A DNA stretch of 63,800 nt, counting the filler, from Choristocarpus tenellus KU-1152 (taxonomy: Eukaryota > Protista > Phaeophyceae), in the NCBI GenBank assembly GCA_964200185.2. It is 13 parts of 13 records of this genome, joined end to end, with 100 filler letters (N's around TTAATTAATTAA, not from the genome) between each part and the next. Parts side by side here need not be neighbours in the genome. Positions count along the whole stretch, not along the records: positions 28,569 to 36,503 come from CAXNAD020005372.1; positions 36,604 to 40,230 come from CAXNAD020018876.1; positions 40,331 to 44,782 come from CAXNAD020014484.1; positions 44,883 to 49,383 come from CAXNAD020014266.1; 9 more parts are not named here. One strand, written 5' to 3'. The notes beneath the pieces are model-generated. The model was not told where the DNA came from. It saw only the letters and a list, made by a program, of their open reading frames with translations, and did no database searches. Made by a program: the position numbers and the translations under genes. Of this stretch, positions 33,815-46,868 are shown piece by piece (positions within the stretch are counted from its first letter, which is position 1; each line of letters opens with the position of its first letter).

Positions 33815-35949
33815 AAATTGAAGGCGGCACTCGGGTTGCGGTTCCAAAGGAGAGTGAAGTAGTTTACACTTCTGAAGTTGAACGAAAATTGCAGGGAGAT
33901 GATGAGGTCGAGTATGAGTGAAGGAGGAGACAAGTGTAATGTAGGTAAGGGACGGAGGTGAGAGACGGAAGAACACATAAATTCAAAAATAAAGGTTTTT
34001 AACAGGAGACCACAAGCACAAGATGGAAAGTGTGATCACACACAGTTTGAAACAACACTGTACTGATGGTGGCGACTATACTCACAGGGTAGTCTGCATG
34101 CTTTGTGTCCAAACCTCCAGAAACAAGCCTTCGAACTCCTGATTTTCTGAGGTAGAGAACATGTTATCGGATTAGTACAGGAACACTGTTGCTCCGTGTC
34201 TGTCTTGGATAGTTATGTTTTGAAGTAAAAAAAAATAGGATGTTGAAAACGAATTGTGGAGAGCATAGGCAAAAGATATTTCTCACCTTCACGGCACAGT
34301 TGTACACACATTGGTTGCAACAGAATTGAAGAATTCTGTCCTGTTTCCCTTCTTCTTCAGCCCGTTATCCCGAGTGGCGAGGTCCCAGGCCTCGTCTAGT
34401 AAAGTCTTGATCTTCTTCACGACTGTCTTCCTCACCATAGTCGGAAAAATTCTCCTGACCTGATGTGAGAAGTCGATGCACCCCAGGTCGTATTGATGGC
34501 AGAGTTTCTCCAACCGTTCACGTTCGTGCGCTTCCTCCGAGTTGCCATCTTTTCGGTTCACGAATAGGTGCACCTCATCCAGCGTATACCCATCCAATCA
34601 ATACTCGAGCATTGCCTTGACCCACGACACCATCCTGCAGAGATGCCACCAACACTGGGCACGTACGACTGGCTGGACACTACTCCCTCCCTCACCGAAA
34701 ACAACTGTGCAGTCTCCTTGTCGTTCTTGGGATAGATCTTCCAGGAGTACCTGGTGTGGTGGTCGCCCGCAATGGGCCACAGAATGCCATTGGCTAATTC
34801 TTTTGTCAGGACACCTTCTAGCTCCCCCAAGTTGAAGGTGGTTTTCCTCTTCTTAGCTCTCATTGAAAGAACTCTGAGAATAATTGCCTGGTGTTGGTCA
34901 TTGAGAAATAGCTTTACCTCCCAAGGTAATTTGCACACAAAGCTCTCCTTCAACTCCGATCCAGACGGAATGGAGGACTATCCACATTGCGGTTATGTCT
35001 CTTACTGGAGCACACATGATAAGACTAGTCAACACCAGTTGACTCATCATCATCTCCTACGATGCCAACCTTCTCAACATTGAGAGGGTGGGCAGTATCC
35101 TCACCAAGATAGGAGATCATCGAGATGATACGGTCAAAACGCTATCCAATGAACTGAACAGTAAACGCTTCTCCTTGTAATCAAAGTGGAACGACATGGA
35201 TGACTTCCAAGAATCAAAGATAGAAAGCGGGGCCTATGAGAATTGCCCCACAGATCACATGCTCGGCGAGTACATCACTTCTGCGGATCTCTTACACACG
35301 ACTCTAGGGAGAGATTGAAGGATCCTCAAGATGAGAATAATCTTCTATTCTGCCTCAGTAGTGAAGATAAGAGGGTGTGAAGCGTCACACGACCTCCTTT
35401 GCTGAACGCGCAAAAGAATGGATGGTTGAAATTAGAAGAGTGACCTTTGTGGGGTCTCTTCTCATTGCTTGTTTTATTATTATTTGTGCTTCCTACAGAA
35501 GTCAACAATTAAATCAAAGTAGTTGAATTCAAATCAACAAAACCTATACATATTCCATTCATAATTCTGATGTACTTTCTCATTAGTTACATCACATGGA
35601 CTTAATCAAAATGACTATCTCTCATACACAAAATAAGGTACACCTCACTATTGTCCTATTTTGCACACTCCCCCATGAGATTGCAGGCAATGAAAGAGTT
35701 GCTGGAACTCTCAAGATAAAACATCTTATTGTGCACACTCCCATTCTGCACACTTCCTCATGAAAAATGGAATTAACATACGTCAGATTGGTTCAATTCT
35801 CACACACATCACATTTGTCTTGTCAACGCAATAAAAGAACACTGATTGCTTGAACTCAAACATACGTCATTCATCTAGTCAACACAGTGATGTACAATCG
35901 TGTCCCATGATCACCCCTCGCTTAGTTTATGGTTAAAATTTGAACCAGC

Positions 35950-36503
35950 CCCCTTTTGCTGTTTCTCTTGTTGGACGTAGCACTCACTCCCCCAGGCTTG
36001 AAGCCTATAATAAGTAAATGTCTTGTACATCCTCTTGTTGAGTGAAGTCCTTTGCTAACAACCTTCCTCGCCAGGGTGCCTCTGATATGGAAGATGGTTC
36101 TTGATGGTCTGGAGAAGATATTACTTACTTCCCAGACTTACAAGTCTTGTACAGGCAGCCCTTTGCTGACAAGCTTCCTCTGGTTTTCTTTTCTGGCTCC
36201 AACCCTGGTCCAGCTAATTCCTCCACCTATTAAGACGGTGTCGCTCTCCTCTGGCGACAAACGATCCGAAGGTTTCATTTACCCCCACAGTTGTAGCATA
36301 TTCCTTCAAAAGAACAAGGAACAATATGCTTGATCAGTCCACAGTTTAAACATCTTCTGTTGGTCCTGATCTCGTCTCTGGTAGGGGATCTTGTTGTAAT
36401 ATGGTCCGTACGTTGACCAGTTGTACCTTGGCCGCCTGTTCCGCTGACCTTCTGTGTTCTTTTCCATGAGTTTATGGTCCCAGCGGCTAGAGTGCTCCCA
36501 GGC
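35950..36503 (-). mobile_element. Gag-like remnant with two degenerate zinc knuckles
   Basis: Minus strand RCLNCGLIKH and ICYNCG around 36280-36355, within low-complexity N/R/Q-rich sequence. Frameshifted. Confidence 0.4.
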
Positions 36504-36603
36504 NNNNNNNNNNNNNNNNNNNNNNNNNNNNNNNNNNNNNNNNNNNNTTAATTAATTAANNNNNNNNNNNNNNNNNNNNNNNNNNNNNNNNNNNNNNNNN
36601 NNN

Positions 36604-37440
36604 AGGGCAGGGGGACAGGTACGACAGCACACTCCAATGGTGCAACGCCTGCACCAACTATTCAAGGGGATGGGCATCCCTTGCACTACGGAGGATGGTA
36701 GCCCTTTCACAGTTGACAGGGATCTCCGCATGTATCTGGTGTTTCACACAGGGGCACTGGCAGATGCCGGAACTGCTCCCTACAGGGACAAAGGCCTTCC
36801 GCTAGACATCACCTTCGCATAGGTACAGGCAACCTCCCACCTAACCTCCTCATCCACCAGCAATGGTGTAGTTGCTGCTACAGCCGAGGTGCGAAAGCGC
36901 ACCCACTACAAGGGCTCCTTTGATCCTCGTAGTTACAACCTCAACACCTTTGCGGTGGAACGTTTTGGGCGCCTCGGCAAGCAAGCAGAATACTTCCTGG
37001 ATGAGCTGGTTACTCACATGGTAAGGGGGAGAGGAACTGGAGGACTTAGCAGAAAAGGAGTAGTCAAATCCCGGCTATGCCAAATTGTCTCGGTGACTAT
37101 GCAAGCGGCACTGTCTAGACGCGATATGCGTTTTAAGCTAGAGTAACCAGGGAGATGGGCACGGAGGGGTTTAATGGATTCTTGGGATGCCTCCTTAGCT
37201 CCTCCCCCCCGTGCGCAGGAGTAGGTAGATTGGAGGTAGAGGAAGGAAGTAGTACAACATTGATAGTGGTGAAGTAAAAAGTAGATTTAGTGTTTTTAAC
37301 ATATATACTGTTTTATAGTGTTTTTCACACATTTATGGTATTTTATTTCTTTAGGGCATATACTGACATATGTATACTTTCCATTTGTTTCCCCCCTGAC
37401 ACATCTGCAAAATGTCGGAGGGCATAATAATAAAAATATT
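36604..37440 (+). mobile_element. Non-LTR retrotransposon 3' portion with restriction-like endonuclease (CRE/R2-type architecture), decayed
   Basis: RHSTLQ/LHQLFKGMGIP, RMYLV (RxD.), LDITFA, AEVRKRTHY, FAVERFGRLGKQAEYFLDEL...LCQIVSVTMQ follow the RLE motif order. One in-frame stop at 36820. The 3' UTR ends with a stem-loop and AATAATAAAAAT. Confidence 0.75.
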
Positions 37441-37507
37441 AGATGATGAGTATGATAGGGTAACTAGCTCAATTGTATATATTTCTTGATATATGGATAA
37501 GGTGGTA

Positions 37508-39056
37508 CCAGTAGCTTCGCCCTCTGTGGCAGTTCTGCTTTTTTTCACCGGAGGGTCGCAACAGATACACAATAATATACATCAAATGAAAGTCTATGAC
37601 AAGAACCTTTGAAGGTTTATATGCAGGAATGTAGAAACTTCGGTGAACGGGAACGATGTCCCGATAAAGTAATGGAAAAAACGCGGGGGAATATCTCCAA
37701 CGCAATTTTGAAGGTTAGGACTTCAAAACTTGCAAAAAATGAAGTGGTAGACTGAACTCCTCGCAGAAAACTGGTCCGGGGTACATCGCTGCCCAAGATT
37801 GGCAGATGCGGCCCTCACCGAAAAGACCCAGAAAAAAAAACAAGATTTTTCTCTTTTTAACGCCTTTTGCAGACTTTTTGTGAGCACACACACACACACA
37901 TGACTTACACAACAACATGAACCACAATGGTGAGACAATAAGAGCCGCCGAGGCCACTCTGCCCTCTAGATCTACCCTCGGCACCTTCTCTGTCGAGAAG
38001 GGCCGGAAAAACAAGTACTGTGTGAAACTCAGTGCGATGTTAGGTGACGAGAAAGTGCGAGTAGTGTGGCACAGCAGCATGATCGAATCGCGAAATGGAC
38101 CACGCAGTTGCGACACTGACGCTGAGAGAAGATGCATTGAAAGCATTACCACACAAAGTGGTAGGATCTTCAACCACGTCGGAGCACTGCTCTGCAGTCT
38201 CTGCCGCCTCTGGAAAGCAGGAAGAGAACAGCGAGTCCATCACCAGGTGTGGTACAGTGATGAAGTCTGTGGGGAAGCCTGGTCACGGCAGGCGAAGGGA
38301 GAACCAGAGTGGCCGACTGAAGGGAAGGTTGGGGAGGAGAGCAGTGCGACTACGTGCCATTGCGCTCAGGAAACGCCTAGGCGAAAAAACCAGGCGTAGA
38401 ATATCATAAGTAGTTGACAGTTGCAGCAGGCCCTAGCTGTTTGGAAGCTATGTGAGCCAGAGTGACTTAGGAAACGAGAAAGAAGGTATTAGGGTTGGGC
38501 TACAAGGGCTCTGAATCCCGGAAGAAGGTTACCCATTACCAGCGCTCAACGAGGAAATGTGATAGTAAAGACTCTAATACTGCGAATCCTGTGTGTATGA
38601 GTGATGGGAAAGACTCTCAAACAATGCTCGAGATGGCAGCAGGATAGGCGATGGTCAGGTCGGAAACTGTGAGTAAATGGGAGAGAGACTTCCTAACTAA
38701 GGGTCACATCAAGATGTCCGAGCAAGGGCGCGACGAGAGGCGTTTCGTTCTGGGCCTCAACGAGGACATCCTTGCCGAGGTCAAAGAATGGGTGCGCGAA
38801 CACACAGGAAGAAAGGGTAGGGAGACTTTTTCCCTGTCTAAGCCCTGTACTTTAATCAAGTAATGGTGTATCTACAATCCAGGGTTCAAGCCCCAATATG
38901 ACCGCGGTTTCTTCAAAAAATAAAAAATGGCGAAAGAAAACGAAACCCGCAATCTGGAGGGCATTATGACGGGCATCACGAATATGCTTCTTTTTTTTTA
39001 TCCGATGTCTACATAAAACGTTATGACAGGACAACCCCAGAGGGTGAAGCTACTGC
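37508..39056 (+). mobile_element. TA-flanked TIR DNA transposon, internally deleted (Tc1/mariner/IS630-like)
   Basis: About 30-bp imperfect TIR: CCAGTAGCTTCGCCCTCTG at 37508 and CAGAGGGTGAAGCTACTGC ending 39056, with TA on both flanks. Internal fragment VRSETVSKWERDFLTKGHIKMSEQGR...NEDILAEVKEWVREH resembles a transposase HTH region. No DDE domain visible. Confidence 0.7.
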
Positions 39057-39292
39057 TACCGCTATATTTAAAAAATATATTTAAGGGTATAAAAAAATAA
39101 CGTTCGCCAAAACGCACGTGGGAGTAACCCTCACACTCATTCACACTCACCCAAGGATCAACCAACGAGGCCCAACAATCTAGAGCATTTGTCGTCGCAT
39201 TTTGTGGAGAGGACCGTAACCATTGTACCGCACCAGTGGGATGGCCGCCCGACGGCCACTGGGGACCTGGCCAACACAGGGAATGAACTCAC

Positions 39293-39364
39293 GGACTCCA
39301 GAGGGTTAGACCCCGCGACATCCCAAAGGTAAGCTCAGGCCTCCATCACCATTAGACATACGTC
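39293..39364 (-). repeat. Degenerate tRNA-derived sequence (SINE head or tRNA pseudogene)
   Basis: Minus strand has A-box-like TGTCTAATGG and B-box-like GGGTCTAACCC at tRNA-like spacing. No convincing cloverleaf. Confidence 0.3.
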
Positions 39365-40171
39365 AATGTAGCCCAGACTTGGCGTAAATACGTCAATCAG
39401 GGATTAGTGCATATGGTTTCCAACTCCCACATTCAAATCCGAATTAGAGACACGTGATGTTCACTAGAAAGACCATAGTTCAGAACCGGTGAATCACACG
39501 CCCTTCCTTGAACAACACGACGAAACCTCTTGATCTAGAACATTAGATCCGATGCGCCAATCCCGATATTTTACAATGTTTGATGATATTTCTGCTGCTA
39601 GCTATAAAAACCTAACCCTAACCCTAACCCTAACCCTAACCCTCAACATGAGAAGTCGATGACAACGCGTGCTTCCCTTCCTTCATAAATTTACGTAATA
39701 CAATTTTTGCATCCTTTTGCCGTATGACGAAAGATAACAATTGTAGTTCGTGCATAGTGAAATATGTTTGGAGGTACACTCCGCCAAACGTTCGTCATTC
39801 ATAATCCAAGAAATGAACAAAAGCCTCTAATTTGTCGTACGACAAACTTCATCAATTCACCTCGTCTTACATGGTTTAGGAAATATTTCCAAATATTTTG
39901 GATGTGTCTCACATATTTCTGAACTTGCGATGCACACCTTTTGAAGATGGACAAGTAGAGGCGGTTTCCGTCCTCGCGGTGTCCAAGTTTCCACCACAAT
40001 AGACGTTCACACGTTCTGTGCCACCCAACATAACCCTAGACTGTCCAACAGATAATGAACATAATTTGTACACGCCCCCCTTAACTGAACAACGTGGCAT
40101 CACTATCGATCTTCGCATCCTCAACATAGAAGTCAAGAAGCAAAGGGAAACAATGCCACAGAGAGCCCACA

Positions 40172-40230
40172 GACCCAAAGTATCTGGGGAGGGGGGGGAG
40201 GGGTCTACACCAGAGTGTCCATTTGGACCA
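40172..40230. mobile_element. MITE family A, partial at contig end
   Basis: GACCCAAAGTATCTGGGG...GTGTCCATTTGGACC. Confidence 0.8.
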
Positions 40231-41157
40231 NNNNNNNNNNNNNNNNNNNNNNNNNNNNNNNNNNNNNNNNNNNNTTAATTAATTAANNNNNNNNNNNNNN
40301 NNNNNNNNNNNNNNNNNNNNNNNNNNNNNNCCCCCTCCTTCCTCCCCTCCTCCCCCCCCTCTCTTCCCTTCTTTTTTCGCTTGTTTGTTTTTTGCCCCCT
40401 CCCCCCCCCCCCCCCCCCCCCCCCCCGTCTTTTTGTGCACCGTGAGGGGGTCTTTTTTCTCAATTGTGAAGTTTTTGTCAGGCTTTCTTCTTCTGTAGTG
40501 ACGCCTTTGTTTTGTGAACTCCTATCATGCACGCAGAACACAAGAGTTGTGTCTATTGCAAAATGCTAAAAAAAAGGGTAGATAAATGAAGAATGGTCAA
40601 AGGGGGGAGGGGGGTATACCTCACAGTTTGTACGGCTCACGATCAAATGGCGAAAATGACTTCCTCCTCCTTCCTCCTCCTTCCTCACAGAGAGACACGT
40701 TGTATTGATACATTTCGTCGGCGGTATGCACTCTCCTCCCTGCAGAGAGCTGTGTTGACACATATTGTTCCGAATTGTAACCCTAACCCTAACCCTAACC
40801 CTTTGTCGAGGAGGTTCAGCAGTCACCGTTCCATGTTCCGATTGAATGTAAACCCCCTAAGATATTTTTATATTTTTGTTCAGCTGGAAGAATGGACCCA
40901 GGTGACTTTTGTTGATGTACAATGTGTACCATACACTCTTTTGCTGCTGGTTGTGAATGGTGTTAATAGTTGAGTTCTCCTATTCTCGCTGCTGCCTCCT
41001 CTTCACCCTCCCCCCCCTTCCCTCCCCCCCCACACCAACCACACACTTTTCTAATTGTACCACAGCAGACTCCATTATATATATGTGTGTGTCCTATTTC
41101 CTCTGATGTGTGGGTGTCTCTATTGGTGTATGCATGTGTTTTTTCAACCTTGGGCAG

Positions 41158-44100
41158 GGTTGAGGGGGCATCTTCAGCAGCTGGTGTCTGTGGCTCGCAA
41201 GTACTGTGATACCGGAAACGCCTTCTGTGAGCATGGGAGAGAACTGTCCAACATGCTCATGAATCTTCAGGGGTGAGACGTACATATTAGTGTTAACGTG
41301 ACTGGGCTGACAAATAGACAGGGGGGGGGGGGGGTGAGGGTGGATGGCTCCTTGGCCTGCGTAAGGTGTTGATAACACGCCTCCCTAAGAGTGCTCTTCC
41401 TCCCAGTCTCCAGATCAGACCTACTAAAACCTTGCCCTGAAATCGTTCCCCTCTAGTTGTCCCATCCGATGATATTTTAATCATGTACTTGTTTCCTGAT
41501 GTTGAGGTGGTGAATGATGGTAATGGAAGTATAATGGTATGCAGAGAATGTTCGCTAACGTAGATCTCGTCCCTACTCTCCAGTCTACCTGCAGTTTCAA
41601 GATAGCTTTTCTTGCATATAATAGTTGGGATACTTTGAGTGATACCATCTAAGATGAGGATGGCGTTGAGTTATTTCGACCCCCTATGTCTACCCTGTGG
41701 TACAAGGGTTTTGAGCGCCGTGGAGGGCATGTTTGACTAGCGATGTTTTTGAAGCTGATCTTCTTCTACACTAATCATCATAGTCATGCCATCTTGAGTA
41801 GGCTTAGCTGCATATGGGCATGTGCATGGTGTATATTGCACAATGTTTGAAATGGCCTTAAGACTCATAGGGGCAAAGGTCAATCCCACTCTTGCATAGT
41901 TTCACTCATTGTGTATATCCCCACACATCATTCACTCCTCCGCTGCCCCCCGCCTTACCATACACCCTTGAAAACTCGTGTATATGGAACAAACAGTGAG
42001 AGCTGGTTCACGCGACTGGGGCCACTGGCGCCTGCCCTGGTGAGCTTTGGGGAGACTCTGGGCGACATCCAGAACTACGAGGAGGCGTTGCTGCAGTCGC
42101 TGGAGAACACGTTTAGTGCACCCATGGAAGAGTTTGTCAAGAGAGAGGTCAAGACCATTAGAAAGGTGAATAAGCAGGTGGAGGGTTGGGATGGGGGTGC
42201 TGGCAGGGTGGTCGATTGTTGACGTGGCGATAATGCACTTGTTTTTTTGTTTTTTTCCTTTGTATATATATTTTTTTGGATTGTATTTTGAATTGGGATA
42301 CGGTGTTTCAATGAGATGCCAAGAAAGTGATGTGTTTCTAGGTCTGGGATGCAGGAGGGGGCCCCGGGTGTTTAATGGTTGTTGCTGTTCCTCCTTCCCT
42401 CCCCTGTGTGTGGGTTGTGTATTTCGGGTGGTAGTCCCTCCCTCCTCTTAGCCTCTCTCTCTGTCTGACCTTGCCCCTGCAGGACGGACACCTCCGCCCC
42501 TAACACTGACTACATTTTTCTTTCTTGTCTTTACTTATTCACTGTCACCTGGGTGGACTCTGTCCTGACCTGTTTGTCAGAGGCGATGGACACACTGCAT
42601 TGCTTCTCGTCCTGTTACTATTACTACCTGTAACTGTAACAACTACCTGTTGTACTCCCTTTGTTCAGGAGTTTCTTCTCATCTATTGGGTTCGGCCACC
42701 CTCCCACTTGCCACTGCGCCTTCCTTAATTGTTGCATTGAACCCTACTTGGAATTGTTCTCCTGTGAATCCTTGCCTCTTCCTCTTAGGCCCGGTATTTG
42801 TGTTTTTGGCGTAGCGACCGAGAGGATGAGTAGTATAGGTGCATGGCCTTAAGTGCTTGTCACATGATCTCCAGATGATTGAAAAAACATGTTTTGGTGA
42901 AGAGAATTCTGGTGTCGATGAGGGTTTAAACCTCCGAAATTCTGGAAGCAGCCTCTCTCTATTGACCACTGGACCTAACAATGACAATCTTCCTTCAGTC
43001 GATGACAAGCGGAAAAGGCATTCTGAAATCTTACTATGGATCATGACATTTCGCCTCCCCCCCCTCCCCCCGCCCCCCCCCCGTCTCCCTCCCCCTCCCC
43101 CTACACCACAACCCCACCCTACCGGNNNNNNNNNNCATGACATTTCGCCTCCCCCCCCTCCCCCCGCCCCCTCCATGTGTATCTTTGAGTGCAGATGAAG
43201 CAGGAGATGAAGAGTGCATGTGAGGATCATGAGAGTGCTACTGCAAGGTACCTCCAGCTGAAGCGAAACTCTGAAAAGATTTTAACACAGGTAAGAGCCC
43301 TAACCCTAACCCTATTGTTTGAGGATGCGCGAGTTTGCAGGTACCTTTTTTCTGCATTTGAGTGCTTGCATGCACGACAACAGCAATTAAAGGTATACGA
43401 TTTCCCAGTACACAGACACACGTGCATGTGCACACACACACACACACACACAAACACACACAAACACACACAAACACGGGGATGCCTTTCTGCAGGCTCG
43501 TGCGTCAGAAGTCTCCCAAACAAAAAAGAGATTCGAGCTCGCGCGGTTCGACCTGGTGCACCACTTGAACCAGCTGGAGACCAAGAAGAAGTTCCAGCTT
43601 GTTGACAGGTATGGACTGGTTCGCTGCGGCTGCAGTCCTACCTCATTTTTAGGGTTAGGGGATACGCACAAGCATTTTAGGGTTAGGGGACTGGTGTGTG
43701 CATGTACGGCCCTGCCACCGTAGGCACAAGGCATATTTTTGTGAAGTAAGCGCCTACCAGGATTTAAAAAAAATACGTTGAGAACGCCATATGCACGGAC
43801 GTCCTGTGCGATTTTTCGGTCAAAGTGTAAAATAATAAGATGGTCTTTGCCTGACGCGCTACCTGTCTGTGTGTGTAGGTGGGGTCTCTTGTGTTTTCCC
43901 AGTACCGGCTCTATTCCTTGCGCGTCTGCCGACGCACGTGCTCAAGTCGGTGGGTTTTCAGTTGGTTAATGTGTATGATGTGTAACACATGTGCATACGT
44001 ATTTTTTCTGCTCTAAATGTGAGTAGGTAGATCAACTCTAACGGGCTCTGTGGATCGTCCCTGTCACCGGCTCTCAATGCTGTGTGTTTCCGTGCCATTT

Positions 44101-44628
44101 TTCGCCTCGTTGTGGTGGGCTCTTTAGGTCACGTGTACGGTCATCGGTCATCGGCCTCGTGCGTGTGCTTTCGTGTCGAGCGCGCAAATCCCGCGCGCAG
44201 AGTGTTGACTTTGCGTGTCTAGCACCGGGTCTAAAAAATCGTTTTTTTCAGTTTTTTTAAAAAAACTCCATCTTTGGTGTCGCGCGCTACGTGCGGCGCG
44301 CGGCTTGCGTGCGTCCAAGAATGTCTCGTGATCATTGCAGTGTGTCTTTCCGCAATTGGTCTGCAATCTAAGACATGGTCCCGGTTGTTTCTGTCAGTCA
44401 TTTGAAAGGGCGGAAGAGATGCTGCAAGGTTCGTGTGCCCGTTGGTATCAAGGCGGAATGACCTTGATGTGTACTTCCCTCTGATTTTGCCTCTCCCCCC
44501 CCCCTCCCTGTAGGGTATGCTCAGCGCTTTACGCCTTCCTGGGTCTGTTTCACCAGTGTCACACGCTTGTGGCTAACTTGGAGCCGTTCATGCGCAACCT
44601 GCAGCATGCCATCAGCCTCACAAGGAAG
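41158..44628 (+). CDS. BAR-domain protein, N-terminal region of an ACAP/AGD-type ArfGAP (partial)
   Basis: Phase-consistent exons 41158-41272, 41997-42165, 43195-43290, 43496-43608 and 44514-44628. They give GLRGHLQQLVSVARKYC...LLQSLENTFSAPMEEFVKREVK...ARYLQLK...KRFELARFDLVHHLNQLETKKKFQLVDRVCSALYAFLGLFHQ...LEPFMRNL, which resembles the BAR domain of BAR-PH-ArfGAP proteins. PH and GAP domains are not in this contig. Confidence 0.88.
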
Positions 44629-45127
44629 GTGAGTTGCTTGTAGCTCTTGCTTGTAGCTCTTGCTTGTACTTCTTGCTTGCACCTCTCATCACTGTACAGT
44701 GGTGGTGATGGGGGGGGTGTTTGTGGAGGCGTGTTTGTAGTGCTGGAACCTGCATTTTGATTTTTTTTTTTGTTGGGCTATTNNNNNNNNNNNNNNNNNN
44801 NNNNNNNNNNNNNNNNNNNNNNNNNNTTAATTAATTAANNNNNNNNNNNNNNNNNNNNNNNNNNNNNNNNNNNNNNNNNNNNGTGAAAAACGGACGCCGA
44901 CACCCCCCCCCCCAGATACTTTGACCCTAATATCAGAAAAAGACATTTTAGATAACGGCATTTGATTTTTTAGTCTATTTGTAACGAAGTGTTGCTCAGT
45001 ATTTATCAATGATAGATACTTTTTGTAATATTGTGTTGTATTCTCGATTATGTCTGTACGAATTTTCCCTAATAGGGGTGTAGAAAATGAAAAAAATACT
45101 GTTATAACAATAAATCGATACATTTAT

Positions 45128-45308
45128 GGATCAAAATATCTGGGGGGAGGGGGAGGGTGGTCTACACCAGGGTGTCCATTCGGGACCTGACCAGGAGAAG
45201 TGCACTTACATTATCCATCCGACGCATGCAACCAAATTAAAAAAAATCTCGATAAGGGAAAATAGCCCCCGAATGGACTGCCGTCACCCCTCCTAGATAC
45301 TTCTAGCC
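45128..45308. mobile_element. MITE family A, diverged full copy
   Basis: GGATCAAAATATCTGG...CTAGATACTTCTAGCC; interior colinear with the other copies. Confidence 0.8.
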
Positions 45309-46376
45309 TTATTCATGATCTAAGATATTTTCTTCCACGTCAATTCCAAGACTAGGCTGTGCTTACATGCATCTCTTCAATTAATTCTAACACTGGCAAC
45401 TGACAGTTCAAAAACACAATCCCTAAGTAGGTGGCGGTTAAAATCATCAATTGATGGTGTGATGCCTTGATATCCCATTCGTCTGTTCACTAGGCGAGGA
45501 ACAAGAGGTGGGAGGGTGTACGACAGAACGTCTAACGGGAAGTACAGTGGAGTACACACAGTCAAGTAGGGTATACATACATCTACCAAGAAGAATCCAA
45601 CCACAAGACAACGATCAGTTGCGCATGAATTTATATCTATTACTCTTGAGTAGTGTACATAAGATTATTTATACCTTAGAGATGGGGTAAGTGTATCTAC
45701 CTCTCTTGAGTGGAATACATACGGTAACTTATACACCTCAGAGACGCAAAGATAGATGGGGTATGGGAAATAGATGAGACCCGAAGAGCTTCCTTTTGAT
45801 GGGTTCGTGCATTGATATCTTGGTAGTGGTAGGTAGTTGTCGAGAGAGTACACCCATTGGATGCAGTGTGTGTAGGCGAGAAGATTGAAATTAGGTCAGT
45901 TGGCAATACTCTGCACAAACAGGCGAACGAAACATAAAAAGTATTTAACACATAATACTCCAAATTTAGTCATTGTTGGCGTATATGCACATCCACCAAA
46001 GGCAGGAGGAGGGTGTTGAGAAACTTGGCTCATGTAAGGCTCATCGCCGGAATCTAGCAGTTGAATATCATGGTAAAGCACGCACTAAATTATTTATTGT
46101 CTGTATGGTATTGTCCCACTATACCACTTGCAATGTCCCATTGGCCCACCATAACGTACCGCTGTGCACGTCACTACTTTGTATTGTACCGAACTAAAGT
46201 TCAACGTACATTAAACCTATGATATATACTTGATCAGCACAGATAACGCAAGGATAACACTAGGATATTCGACATCCTCCCCTTGCTGAAAACAAGTATT
46301 AGCTCTCAAAAAATCACAAAAACACACACACACACACATGTTATCTCACACGTTCATCAAAAACTTCACATGCTGT

Positions 46377-46868
46377 CTAAAAACTCAAACTGGCAAATTC
46401 TTGGTCAATACATCTGCTATCTGATTTGCAGTACCTACAAAAAACCACACGAGTCTCTCCTTTTCTAGACAAATCTCTCAGAAAATGATGTCGGACATCA
46501 ATATGCTTTGTTCTGGGAGAGCTCGTGGCATTTCGTAGTAGTTTGCATGCACCATCTTTATCCTCAAACAAGTCAATGCAACGCCTAGGAAACTGTGGCT
46601 GAATAAATTCAAAAACACTTCTCAAAAAAAGTAATTCCTGTGCCACACTGCTAAGAGCTATGTATTCACTCTCTGTGGAAGACAGAGCTACAACTCTTTG
46701 TACCTTTGACATCCAATATATTGCTCCTCCAGTCACTGATCTACGATCATTCCAGTCTCCAGCATAGCTAGCATCAGCATACACCCTCAACTCACACTCA
46801 GTATTAAAACCACCAAAACTCAATCCAGCACTGGGACGTGTATTCAAATATGCTAAAATACGTTTCAC
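46377..46868 (-). pseudogene. Copia RNase H ORF fragment
   Basis: 163-aa ORF with canonical Ty1/copia RNase H motifs, frameshifted relative to the RT. Confidence 0.9.

Larger units (their letters stand above)
30450..35350 (-). pseudogene. Fragmented, frameshifted coding sequence of unknown identity
   Basis: A chain of protein-like minus-strand ORF pieces (34558-34953, 34289-34597, 33153-33347, 32680-33057, 31162-31560), with GTGAG-type donors near 34285 and 34085. Interrupted by MITEs. Confidence 0.4.

Noticed and set aside
40884-40901. Micro-exon LEEWTQ upstream of the BAR exons
   Set aside because: Attractive peptide, but it ends in phase 0 while the next exon needs phase 1.
43042-43170. 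Direct repeat CATGACATTTCGCCTCCCC on both sides of a 10-N gap
   Set aside because: Most likely an unmerged scaffold overlap.
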